Source: Marsupella aquatica (Eukaryota > Plantae > Marchantiophyta). From it: a DNA stretch of 64,000 nucleotides. The position numbers and the translations under genes are program-made. The stretch spans positions 62,001 through 126,000 of the forward strand of contig OZ316892.1 of the NCBI GenBank assembly GCA_973895155.1. The letters run 5' to 3'. The notes beneath the pieces are model-generated. The model was not told where the DNA came from and ran no database searches. It saw only the letters and a list, made by a program, of their open reading frames with translations. Numbering within the stretch: position 1 is the first letter of the stretch; each line of letters begins with the position of its first letter. This document shows, piece after piece, positions 38,591 through 50,832 of the stretch.

Positions 38591-40339
38591 TCGGCAATTT
38601 GAATTACTTGTTCCTAGGCTGCTGCAAAGTGCAAGCAAGTGGGGACGTGGGTTCCCACTTTAGTTAGACAAACCATATCGAAGAAATTCATTGAACATGG
38701 GACGAACGAAAGTATTGTGCTTGCAAAAAGAATAGAGACAGTTTGTGTCTATCCCAACTTCATATTCTCGTTGCCTTTGGCAACAGAGAAGAAGATTTAA
38801 TTGCACAATGAATTGGTAATACAGAGCGTACAATGGTTTTGGTGGGGACAGTTGCCAACTCAATAACTTTGAGCTTTTAACTATGTTATGGCCTACCTAA
38901 TTATCTCTGAAAGTGCTCAGACAATAAATGTTCACCTATTGCTGTAAAGTATAAACATTGTGCACGTTCAGTTCCGCTACTTGAATTTACTAAATCAAAT
39001 TGGCAAGTGTTGGATTACACATCACTTCCCAAGTTAAAGCAACTTAAATTAGCTGGAGTGAGGGTCGCCACCTATTGGAATTTGGAACTGGAGTGCTTCT
39101 TGTGCACCACCATCAGCTTTGCCTTGGCCAACTTTTGGTGTAGTCCTCCCATCAAGCGTGCGCAGCCCCTGAGACACGAATTGCAGCTCATGAGCTTCAA
39201 ACGCTCTACAAGCATTACAAGCATTTGTGTGGCAATTCTAATGGTTGTCGTGAGCAATTGAAGGATAGACTTATACTGTAGATAATAATGCCGGCAGCCC
39301 CATCCCAATTTCCTCATTCCAATCAGTAGTGTGCTCTGATTTATTCCACAGCTCTTATGGGGCCCAATAGAAACTTCCAACCATGGTAACTCAAATGAGC
39401 AAGAAGCAAAAGAGGTATTCATCAATTTGACTAACCGGTGTTGCGACAACGCTCGCTCGAAAGGACTCAAATAATTCCAATGCCAATTTTCAAGTGGCTC
39501 GCTCAGCCACTCGCTGCGAGTTTAGGGAGCTACCTTCGGTTCTGCTGTTGCATGAAGACACGGAATTGGCCAAAAAATTTGCAAACAGTTATGTGAAGGA
39601 GAAACGATGCAGGTGGGGCAAGTCAATGGCCCGAGCCAAACTCAAAGCATTGATTCAGAGCTTGAAAGCGAACAAAATGGCAGCTAACTAAAAAGTTTTG
39701 CTGTGGTGGGTGTGTTGACCTCGCCACACAACAACTCATGGGACGGTAGGGTGAAACAAGTTATAAAAAGTTAAGTTCCAAGATTTTTGGCTCTTAACTT
39801 TCCAGTGAAGTACTCGCAAAATGACGGACACTAACTAGAGATTGTTAGTGATTTAACTATCAGATTTAACTATGAGTGCGAGTTGAGCCGGCAGGAACCC
39901 TGCGCCTATTTTCCTTTGATTTAACAGGATTAGTTGAAAAGATAACCCACCCTAAGAAATTTAACTAGGCGCAGGGGGGTTCCGGACAGCCCAAATGTCT
40001 ATTTTTACTTAGAATCTCATGAACTTGAGCGAGTATTTAACCAAAAAGTTAAGTGCAAACACACATGGAACTTATCTTTTTTTCACCCCCGCACTCACAT
40101 TAATGTTTGTCGTGGTAGAAGAGCAGAGAGCCAGAGCCAGGCACTCTTTCAGTCCCACTTTGTCTTGGCTTGGGTTTGTTACTTACTATGCTCCATGTTG
40201 ACGACATTGCCTACTCCTTGTTCCTCCTCAGACCCAATGACATCAGACTTTTAACATGACGGGTTTTTCAGTTAGAACTGGGGATAGGAGAAAAAATTGT
40301 CTTTAATCAATGCAAATGATCAGAACAGCCACACATTCA

Positions 40340-40548
40340 AGCACATAATTATATACAAGCCATCCGGATAGTGCACTTGTGATGCTCGTTGAACTCAAAC
40401 TGCCATCGGAAGCTATGGACAAAATGCTTGACAGAATTACACAATCACTTGTTATACATAGTTGATATATTCCTGAATTTATTTTTCCTGTCCACTTGGA
40501 AATTGCACAGATTAACAGAAGTATCCATGAAGGTCTATCATCGTAGAA
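40340..40548 (+). repeat. Dispersed copy of 36730-36945
   Basis: 'agcacataattatatacaagccatccggatagtgcact...catcgtagaaag' is present at both sites. Confidence 0.85.
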
Positions 40549-43029
40549 AGAGATTTCCAGCAAAAACTTGTAAGAAAATTGCAAGACGTGAGGTGCTCAA
40601 CAGTTTTTTGTGTCTTGGCCAGTCTTGGGAGGCCATAGGCATTCGTCTATTTGCAGGACATTTGTTAGCTTTTTTGGGTTTGCATAGATTACGGTACGGT
40701 GGCTATAGAGAGCAAATTGCCCGCCATTGCTTGCGGATATGAAGGAAATGCTAAGTCGAGCAGCAATTCCAACCAGAAGAGAGAAGAGACGGGTACAAAG
40801 GAAGATAGCAGGAGAGCTAGAACTATAATGCGACAGAAGTGGCAGTAAGTTAATTTGAAGGCTGCTTTCACGCTCTGTCAAAAAATATGAAAAAGTTTTG
40901 TCTCGGTATGGACATCCAACGACAACTGCTCCAAAGATCTCCTCTCAAGGCACTTGACAAACATGCCGTAGTGAATGACTACAAAGCAAACTTTGACCCG
41001 TGTAACCAATCAGACTTCAAGCAGTTGGAATCTATCTACATCAAATGGGGCGACCCGGTGATCTATGAATTTATCAAGTTCATTGAGGCGCCGGTGGGTA
41101 AATTTACTTGGGCTAAGCTAGCCTCCGGTATTGAGCATCATCACATTTCAGCTCTGGTGGAATCCACACTCAAGATTTTCCCAACGGCTTAGTGACTCCG
41201 AGGTGTCTACTATCCTCTTCGACTATGTGGGCAGGAATCTGCGGTCAGTGTTGTTTTTGCTTCTCCTACAGGCACTTACCGGCCGCGTGTTCTACATCAC
41301 GGCCCCATTATTTTGACAACCTGGTAACACAATTCAACATTCGTGAAGCAGGAACTCAACATCCCACACATCAAAAGGAACGGCCGGATCACGAGGTCCT
41401 ACAAGTGTGCCAAGGGGTGGAGTATAAGGCAAGGCAGAAGGCAGCTTTTTGGCAGGCGTAGGATGAGGAGCAGCAACAACGGGAGGAAGCTGAATTACAA
41501 CACCTGGCATTACGGGCCCAAGAGTTTGAGGCGGATCGGGCATAGACCCAGGTGTGGATTAGCATTGAGTCTAGAGAGTAAATAATATATCACAACTGTA
41601 CAGAGTGAATTAGTTCTAATCAGGAAGCCTGGTCTTCTTTAATTTGTATCTCATTTCCCACGTCCAAAATTGAATGGTGACACATTTGATGCTAACGGAG
41701 TTTAAAGGTTTCAACATGAAAGCTATGGGAGTCTACGGTTTAACCAGAAATGTTATGGGAGCCTCCACTTTAACCAGAAATGTTGTGGGAGTCCATATGC
41801 TGAAACTTGGAGACATACCATGCATCGCATGTGAGACACAGCCTTTACATAAGAGTCTTGTATGGTGGGTTGGACAGTGAAGGCAATTTGGGTCCTAGGA
41901 GTGTCTGAATGGAGTTGCGACACAGATGGAGGTGAGTAGCAAGGCATGAATACCGCAACCATGGATGTTGTACAGAAGAGAAGCTCCATCACTGCACACT
42001 TGGCCTGAAACCACGCCACGCCACTGCCACCAGTAAGCATCAAAAACGCAACCATTCGGAAACGCCTTCGCTCGAAGACTGCATCCGACAATGACTCTAA
42101 TCCATCACTTGTTGCAATTATTGACGACGTCAGTACGCCATCCAAGCGACACAAGATTCAAGATGCAGATTGAAGGGAATTTGGAGGTGGCGAGCACAGT
42201 CAAGGACCAGATTGAAGGCCAACAACAAGAATTCTCGAAGGCCAATGCTTCCCGACCAAAATACCAACCCAACAATAATGCAGAAGGGAATTTGAAGGTG
42301 ACGAGCACATTAAAGAACCAGATTGAAGGCTGGTACAGGAATTCTAGAAGCATTGACCAAGCTTTGTTTCCTTTGTATTTCTCACGAACCTAATTGAATG
42401 GTGACACTTTTGATGCTAACGGAGTCCAATGGTTTCAACATGAATGTTATAGCTGCAAAAGACTTTTATTGGAAATGTTATTGGAGTGTGGGACTACAAG
42501 TGAGTCACAATGAATGCTAGTGGTGTATGAACACTTAAAAAATAATGTTATGGGAGCCTACGGCAACCACCCATAAGTCACCCTAATCAATACTAGCGGA
42601 GTTTAAAGGTTTTGATAATAATGTTGTGGGAGTCCAAATGTTGAAACGTTGAGACCGTGCACTGCATGTAGGAGACCATGCACCGCATTCCCTAAATACC
42701 CTAAAATGGCCTGAAGACCGGCCTCATTGCACGCGCTGTGCAGGGAAGATATATACAGTCTACTTCTAATCTTCTTCCGTAACAGCCTTTCTCGGGCAGC
42801 CTTTTGTAGTAGTATTCAACCAACGAGCGCCTGCACGAGAAACTGAGAAAGTGCTGTGGATGAAGTACTGTAGTTGATTAGATGCTTCTGAGAGTTTGCA
42901 ATAATTGTCCAAACTTGTCCAAACCCACTTCACCACAATGAAAACAATGTAGATAAGCGTGAAATCTTGGCAGCTCTCTAGACAATCTCATGTCCCTGCT
43001 GTGCAACTGGGAGGGTAGGGTACGTTTAC

Positions 43030-43300
43030 TGCCTTCGCGGTAAGGAAATTGTGACACTGAAATGTAAGGTGACCGACTCTCCCGCATTTCTTACAGGCAC
43101 CACGGACGTCATCCGCGCTCGAGTCCGTGAGACAGGCTAAGGCGAGAAGCCCTTGGAAACTGTCGTACGCATTCTGCTGGTCCTCTATTATCCCGCCTTC
43201 TGGAATAGATGCACTCGCGCCCCCCACTAGAGCACCGCGGAGGGCATCCGCTTGGAATGCTTGCGCTGCCTTCTGGTCCGGAGCATAAGGATCGTAACTT
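43030..43300 (-). pseudogene. CXIP4: Internal fragment of a CAX-interacting protein 4 (CXIP4)-like CCHC zinc-knuckle gene
   Basis: Translates YDPYAPDQK...NAYDSFQGLLALACLTDSSADDVRGACKKCGRVGHLTFQCHNFL, which matches the conserved CXIP4 N-terminal region as I recall it. It lacks the MPATAGRVRMP start and the Arg/Ser-rich tail. Confidence 0.85.
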
Positions 43301-44063
43301 TGATTTGAAGTGAATTATAAATTCTTCTCCCCACACTTCAGGGACTTTGCAATCTGTTCCAACGCAAAGGACCCTGGTGAGCTCAGCTCAACTCAGTGGG
43401 GCCGTAGCATAAGTAGAAGGTCCTTCATTGATCTTCTAGCTCCCAACACTTCAGGCACTTTGCATGAGTCTCGTCGTAGTAGTACGTACCCGTAAATTGT
43501 GGCGCTTGATTCAATTGTTGAGTGAGCTTTACTTCTCCTTCTCAACAAGAGGGGTTGCACACCAACTTTGCCACAACACTTGCTACCACCCATCAACAAG
43601 CTAGTTGATTTTGAGCACAACCTTTACATGGTATGCTTCTTAGTTGGTATTTTTGAAATGTCTTTTAATTGGAAGTTCACACCCATTGATTCAGTCCTTA
43701 GATTGATTTTTGGTAGGGTGTAGCTCATATAGAAATAGTGATACAATGATTGTTTCTTTCACGTTCCTAACCTCACAGAGTTTACTTTAGTCTCTTTTGG
43801 ATACCCTGTTACAATCTACAAAGTAGTTATTTGCTTTTAGGTAAACATTTGTCTTGCATGTCATTTGTACTTTGCTAGGTTGGAAGTCTAAATGCTAACA
43901 CTTTGGCAACAATAGGTTCCAGTTTCCTATGTTAAATGTGTACAGTCAGAAGGGAGCCAGAGTATATTCTTAAGGGCTTTTATTGTTCAAGGACTTACTG
44001 CAAGCAAGTGAAACTTGTTAGTTAAGTACAAGCTCATTTTGGCATTAATTTGATGTTTGTTTG

Positions 44064-47000
44064 TGTGACACGGGTAACGTGTCACTTGACCGAACCCAGG
44101 TCGTAGATTAGGACTTATACGGTCATTAGGACCGTAGCCATAGCATAGAATAGCACGTATAGCCGTCAAGTTGCCATTATGATTAGATTAGGAGTAGGTT
44201 AAGATAACCGAATAATTACGAGTTCAGGAAAGGGATTATTACGCATGACCGAGGTAAGGTGGCGGCAGCGGAGTAAAAATCAGTTAGAAGAATCACGCTT
44301 GGACCGAGATGCCGACTTCAGCTCGTTATCAATGACCAAACGGCCTGACCTTCTCACGCTCGGGCTAGTCCGGGCACCCCCATAAGAGAGGAGCCGATGG
44401 CACTGTGGGCCATTCGCTCACGTTTACCTTTTTGGAATTCACGGACGCTGCCATCCGCTCGCCTTTTTGATTGAATCTAGTCGACCTTTACGAGGAAATT
44501 ATCGAGGGAGAAGAGCGGAATGTGGCGAGATTTAGTCAGGACGAGCGAGGCCTCCGTGAAAAAGGACCAGCCAGGTGGGAACGTGGACGCAACGAACCGG
44601 ACTACGAGGTTAGTATGACCCTCACAACCTTGGGATTTTGGACCTTGTTTGGCGAGGTAGGTGCTAAGTTCTCCGAGACTTACTGGTACTCTTGCCCCGA
44701 GAAAGCCGCTTACGAACGAAGGTACGCAAAGCTGGTAACCAAGGTAGCACTGGTTAATTGCGAAAGGACAGCCATCACCAGGGATTCTAGCTATAATGAG
44801 CTGCGAGACTACATCACCGAACTATATCTCAGCGAGGAAGGGCTTAGATCGGTAGCAGAGGCGATTCTTGAGGTTCCAGCTAAGTTCTTTAAGCTGAAGG
44901 GCAACCAGCGGCTTACTCAAGCGGAGTTTGACAAGATTCCGGGGTACCTAGACCAGCAGATCGCAGCCGAAAAGCGCCAAGAAGACATCAGCAGACAACG
45001 GGAAGCGGCGCGTAATCTCACGTTCCTTGGGGAAAGCTCCAACGCCTTCAACTGGGATATGGCTACCCCAGCGCCTCAACCGATGACCACCGGAGTACCG
45101 CCGAACCAGTCCCAAGTCCGTCCAGTAATCAACGCGGAGTGTTCTTCGGGTTCCGAGCGAGCTAGTCTGCAACTCGAACAACATCCTCGTAAGTGGTCAA
45201 GGACTACGATGGCCCCCGAATCAACACGGACCGACGCCGTGCCTGCACCTGCCCCGGCAAACCCCCCGGCCAACCAGACCCGACGGCCCCCGGATAACCC
45301 GAAGTCCAACTTATTACAGGTAATCCGCTCCCCGAGGTAGTCTGGATCGCGATCAAGAAACTTGAACATGCGGACTATCTCAAGGAGCATCAGTTGGAGC
45401 GGTTCGCCCACTTACTATGGAGGCCGTGCACCGCTGGGCCGAAGGAGATTTGTGAGTTCATCTCCAATTTCGACACTGATGCGTCAACCACCAAGGTTTC
45501 GGGGCAGACCTTATCACTCACGGAGCATCGGTTAACGCAAATTTTCGGCCTACCAACCGGGCCGGTGCCGGTGGAAATCCGAATTCGGGATAAGGAGTAT
45601 ACGCCGCGGCACTTCAAACCCGAGGGTAAGACAGACAACGGATACAAGCAGGGGGCGTGCACCAACTTAACCTGTATGGAGCGGCTTAACTTCATACGGA
45701 CTACCCTACACATGATTGAGCCACGATCCGAGATTTCCCTCTGCACGATAGTGCAGGTGGAACAGTACAAACGATGAAACTGGGCCCAATTCTTCTACCG
45801 AAGATTCTCGGGGGAGCTGAAGCGGGCTCAGGGTGGTATGGCTATTGGAGGGAAGACTTACTTGGGGAGTCATATCGCCATTATCCTCGCCTGGTACAAG
45901 GCACGGCGGGAGGCCAGAGGAAAGAATACGGCCACCTCAGCCCCGGGTAATGTCACCCCCGCCCCAGAGGAGGCAACCCCGACTACGCGGACTACTGTCC
46001 CTCGGACAAACCCCGAGCCGGAAGCCCCGACTAATACTCCGCAACCGCCCCCTGTGGAAATTCCACCGCCTCCTTCCGTTGAGCCTCTGCTACCTGCAGT
46101 ACAACCACCCCCAATCCCTCCACCACCTGAAGAAACCTTCCCCTCCCCAGCGCTGACTACGGAGGAGCTCATTGCCCCTGCCGAGGAACCACCGGTACCC
46201 GAGAGGATGGAGGACTACCAAGTAGCCCCGGGGACCATGGCCTACGACCTGGTCCAGAAGTTTAGCCAGACTATGTCTGGGGAGTTGGCGACATACATCG
46301 GACAACAAGTCTCGGCGTACTTTCAGCCAGCCTTCTTCATGTTAGAGCACCAACCACGGATCGTCAGCCGCTTGGAAGAAGAACTCATGGCGAAGGGGAA
46401 TGAGATCGGGCGTCTCCAGATGCTGGTAGAGCACCTCGAGGAGGAGGCAATGACCCGCCGCAAGGATTTAGTCCGCACTGTCGAACAGAAGGACGGACTA
46501 ACCCAAGAGTTAAGCGGAGCGCAGGCCGAACTCAAGAAGCTGGACGACACCGTGCTTCAATTACGCTCAGAATCTTCGGCTCGGGTTACCAGCCTGACCG
46601 ACCTCAACAAACAATTCTTGCAGGCAGCACAGCAGGTGGCTAGTCTCTCCGCCGAACGAGATAAATTGCTAGCGCAGGACCAGGTCCATCGCGACGCCAT
46701 CGACCAGCTCAACTTGGAGGTGGCGCGGCTCCAGACTGAAGCCGACGAAGTTGCAAACAAGGCGAAGGAAGCATTACGGGACAACAAGGCTTTGCAGGAC
46801 CGCGTCACCCTGCTCGTCCTCCAGCGGGGAAAACCTGGGCCCACCTCTGATCAAGGCGGCTCGAGGTCTCGCCCCGACAAGGGGACCAGCCCTGGTCCAA
46901 CCACTGCACACACGTAAGGGGTAGTTAGCGAAGGGTAGAAGCAGGCGCCGCGCGAGGCGGTTAAGTCAGTGGCATCTTTTAGTTAGGCGTAACGACAGAA

Positions 47001-47891
47001 TGACTGTCATTAGGCGCCGATTAGCGACAGTAGGAAGAATTAGGGCCGGTCAGTTAGGATCAGCCAACGTAGGATTGAGTCCATCAACGGACTAGAGTTT
47101 GTCAGTAGGCTTGGCCGCTGCCATTCCGGTTGGCACACTCGTAGTCGACGGTCAACCGGTCAGTGCAGCGCGACCGGTAGTCAGCAGTTAGTTAGTCAGT
47201 AGGTAGTACCCCGGAAGGTAGTATCCTCCGGTTCTCTTCCGCTATGGTAGTATTTAGGCTTCCCCTTCCGCGATGGGAAGGGGGAGAAGGCTTAGTTATC
47301 TCAGCAGAAGAAAGGCGAGGCACGGGGAGTCCCGGCCTGAGTAGGGTCAGAGCGTACCAAGGAGTGAGAGCCAGAGTCGAGCTTGCTGGGCAAGTGCGAG
47401 GCAGGGCCTCGTAGAGACTGGGCATCGACTGCCGTTGGGCCTGCTGACCCCCTTTGAAGTCGAGTCAACTATGTAAACTGATGCTTCGCTGAGTAAATGT
47501 AGTCTTTTCCCCTTAATGTTTCTGAGAGTAACTGGTGTTGTGTGTATGCTTTGTCCGGGCAAAGGCGCCATTTTAAGGGACGTACCGGGTGCGGACTAAT
47601 GGTAGGGATTGCCACTCATTGCATGTCACAAGGTCCTGTCACGTCGATGGCTTGAAAAGCCCCAAGTCGGGAGTTAGTCCGCGTCACTAACTGAGGGAAA
47701 ATTCCAGCGGTGGAAAATAAATATACCTATGACAAGTACGAGTGTTATACCAGTAAGTATAGCGGCTTAGCCCGACTTAGGGCTATTGAAGGTCACTACA
47801 CACCTCCTTGCCCGAACCCTCACCCCTACTGGTGGTCGAGGTCGCACCACGACACTAACCCGGATTTAAGGCCCAGGGTAGGGGTGCGACA
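44064..47891 (+). mobile_element. 3.83-kb solo-LTR-like insertion (TG...CA, 5-bp TSD GTTTG) with internal ORFs
   Basis: Starts TGTGACAC and ends GTGCGACA (imperfect inverted ends). GTTTG lies at 44059-44063 and 47892-47896. GC content rises sharply inside. I see no internal terminal repeat, RT or integrase. Confidence 0.85.
44471..46917 (+). pseudogene. Disrupted ~800-codon ORF inside the solo-LTR-like element: unknown N-terminus, transposon-type domain, Pro-rich linker, coiled coil
   Basis: ORFs 44471..45340, 45394..45777 and 45838..46917 join via one frameshift (~45290) and one TGA (45775-45777). Confidence 0.7.
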
Positions 47892-48407
47892 GTTTGCAAT
47901 GAGCTCAAGTTGCTACGTGGAGCCCCAAATACTAACCTAGAAGTTGGGAAATCATACTTGAATTTCGTTTATTTTCTCTAAGGTGAGTTCCTACTATCAT
48001 TTATTTGTTTTAAGTATAATTCATGAAGGACATGGAAAAATAAAATAAAGCAAAGAAAATATAAGTATTTTAAAACAAATATTGACTATATTTTTCTACT
48101 TATTATCTTATGAATTTGCCTAACATATGTATTATAAAACTAAAAAATTGACTTTATTTTGAAATATATATCTGGCATGCTTTTCTGATTATTGTTATTT
48201 AATAGTTCCAGATAGTTTGGCCGGAGATATGTATTTTGAAATATGTATCTGGCATACTTTTCTGGTTATTGTTATTTAATAGTTCCAGATAGTTTGACTG
48301 GAGATATGTATTTTGAAATAAATATCTGTATAAATTAAAGTATGTTTTTGGAATTTTTCAGATGGCAAAACGAAAGTTTTGGAAAGTGAACAAACAAATG
48401 AAGGAAG

Positions 48408-49410
48408 ATGGCAAATATGAGTATGAGAATGAAATTTGCAATGGACGTTTTCATTCAAATTTTTTCAGCGATCATGATATTGCATCCACGTTCACAAAAG
48501 TTTGCCATGTTATTTCTTCTTCAAGAAGATAATATTTTTCAAGCATTTGTACAAAATGTATTGAATATTAAACATACTGTATCGAAAGCAATGATATATA
48601 ATGCTTACTATAGATTTAAAGAAATTGGACCACCAAAAACCTTTACTTCTTGCGCATGGGAGAATATCTGTGATATTCTTGATCATCATTATTCTTTAGA
48701 TTCAGTACCCTATAGTATAAGAAAATACATCCATTTTCTTAGGTCATCTACCTATATTGAAGAGTGTGTAAAAAGAGAAAAAAATATGCTAGAGAAAAAA
48801 GAAATGGTGTTTGAAAAAATTATTTCCCAATTTTGGTAGGGAAATGTGAATCCAATGGAATTAGTGCAAGGATTTTGGGGAAGAGTTGATGATGAAGGTG
48901 AATTCATTTTCTCATAACTAAAGCTCCCTATGTATAGGTGCCTCTTCAATTTCACATGGGGCTGTGGTAGAAATTTTAATGTCTATGTGGTTTAGATATT
49001 ATCCTACGTTATTACATACTTTTCTTAGATGTTGTAACCCTTACTTAGAAACTTCCCAATATATTAAGGAAGGTGTTGAGATACCATTTTTTGATAAGCA
49101 CATGAAGAAGGGACCTCCTGCTTATCAACTATTCATTACTAGAGATTATTGTTCACGTTTTCATGTAGACAATGATAGGACAGAGTGGACACTAGCATAT
49201 ACTAGTCACCCTGATGAACATATTTCACCAGTTGATTTTGTATTTGCCAAACATGGATTTATATTACCTTTGCATAATGGTGATCTATTTGCATTCAAAG
49301 GCAAACATCTCCATGGTATGGCTTTTAGAAAACCAACAGAAAATCCTGCATATATTGCAGCTTTAGTTATGAATAGTGGCTTAGGACAATTATTAAATAG
49401 AATAGAGTAA
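48408..49410 (+). pseudogene. 2OG-Fe(II) dioxygenase, TET/JBP-like; disrupted
   Basis: Motifs are HxD (RFHVDND, 49162-49170), FVFAKHGFILPLHNGDLFAFKG and a distal His (HLHG, 49312-49314), in double-stranded beta-helix spacing. The upstream ORF 48408..48839 continues through TAG (48837) and TAA (48915), then needs a +1 shift at the G-run ~48958-48961. Confidence 0.6.
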
Positions 49411-49894
49411 ATTAGATATGTTTTAGGTATCATGAAACAAACTTTAATGTATCTTTTTAGAAACAATTATGAAATTTATTAAATATGTATTTAATATTTG
49501 GACCAATTTAGTTTAGGATTGTAATTGTAATATAAATACTTATGTTTGACAAAATCTTTATGTATATTGACTTACTTTAGAAAATAATGTACAACTCTTA
49601 TAGCTCTAGAAGTTAACAGGCCTAGGGTAGAGTAGGTAAAATCTATAAGGCAAAACTAACACACCCAAATAAATCAAAATTATCCCACCTTATGTAGATA
49701 ATTTGCGTAGTCAGAGGCCTTTATTGGGTCAGCCTACTCAGGCACCAACTATATATGCAGCCCAAATGCCAACTCTACAGTCCAAATAGGTTAAGTGGCT
49801 AGTTAATGCTACAAACTTTCCATGACCTTGGGTGGAGGGTTTGAAGACCTTTGGTGGAGGGCTTGAAGGGGTTTAGGGAGATTTAAACCAAGGA

Positions 49895-50230
49895 GAAGTA
49901 GGGCAAGTTTCGGGATGTGTTTGTATTTCAGGTGTGGGTTGTGGGTGGGGGTTGACATTGTGGGTTGGGGGAGTTGTGGGTTGGGGGCTGAGGGGGTTGG
50001 GAGTTGTGTGTTGGGGATTGAGGGGTGTTGGGGATTGTTGGGTGTTGAGGGTTGAGGGATTGGAAGTTGTGTCTTGGGTTGGGTAGGTAGACAGTTGTAT
50101 GTTGGGGGTTGAGGGAGTTGGGGAGTTATGTGTTGGAGGTTGAAGGAGTTTGGAGTTTGGTTGTGGGTGGGGGTTGACATTGTGGGTTGGGGGAGTTTTG
50201 GGTTGGGAGTTGGTGGGGAAGTTGTTTGTT
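49895..50230. repeat. G/T-rich low-complexity tract with internal duplication
   Basis: Runs of gggtt/ggggtt; 'ggttgtgggtgggggttgacattgtgggttgggggagtt' occurs twice. Confidence 0.8.
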
Positions 50231-50599
50231 GGGATAGAGACAACCATGTTGTAAAAGATGGATAAGAAAGATGATAAAGAAAATCCAACACAAAAGGGAA
50301 AATCAACACTAAACCTTTGAACCTTTGATCCCTGAGTATAGACAGCCACAACAAGGGCAGACTGACACATTGTGCAGTCAGTTGTAAAAGATGGACAAGG
50401 AAGATGATAAAGAAAAGCCAACACCTAGTCTAGAACGAGGGGAAATTCAGAGAAAATCTGGACTGTCAATAAGAAGAGATAGATGGGCAAGATCATGCGC
50501 AAGGACTTCAATTCAATCCAATCTTCAATGGAAAATCCCAGTTCTTACAATATACGGTTAACATAATTATGTATACAAATCATCATTCCTGCTTATATG

Positions 50600-50832
50600 C
50601 CACAAGTATCTCCTCGACAAGACAAGTCAACAATAAATATCAACTTGCTTTTCAGCCACAAGTTTCTCCTCGATAGGACAAGCCAACAATAAATATCAAC
50701 CGTGAAAAGTCAAAAATAAATGTTAGCCGTGGAAAGTACCTCCTCGACACGACAAGTCAACAATAAATATCAGCCATGGAAAGTAAACAATAAATGTTAG
50801 CATGGAAAGTCAACAATGAATGTTGGCCGTGG
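50600..50832. repeat. Short tandem repeats (~27 bp, AAGTCAACAATAAATATCAGCCGTGG-like)
   Basis: Repeated 'tcaacaataaatatcaac' / 'aataaatgttagc' units. Confidence 0.65.

Noticed and set aside
42878-43000. PRFHAYLHCFHC as a KDZ-transposase 'FHxxxH' motif
   Set aside because: The flanking YDxxC and DGExxER motifs are absent, so this is probably chance.
49809-50424. Pro/Thr/Asn-rich ORFs resembling extensin or mucin
   Set aside because: These are translations of a G/T low-complexity tract, open in two frames, with no gene structure.
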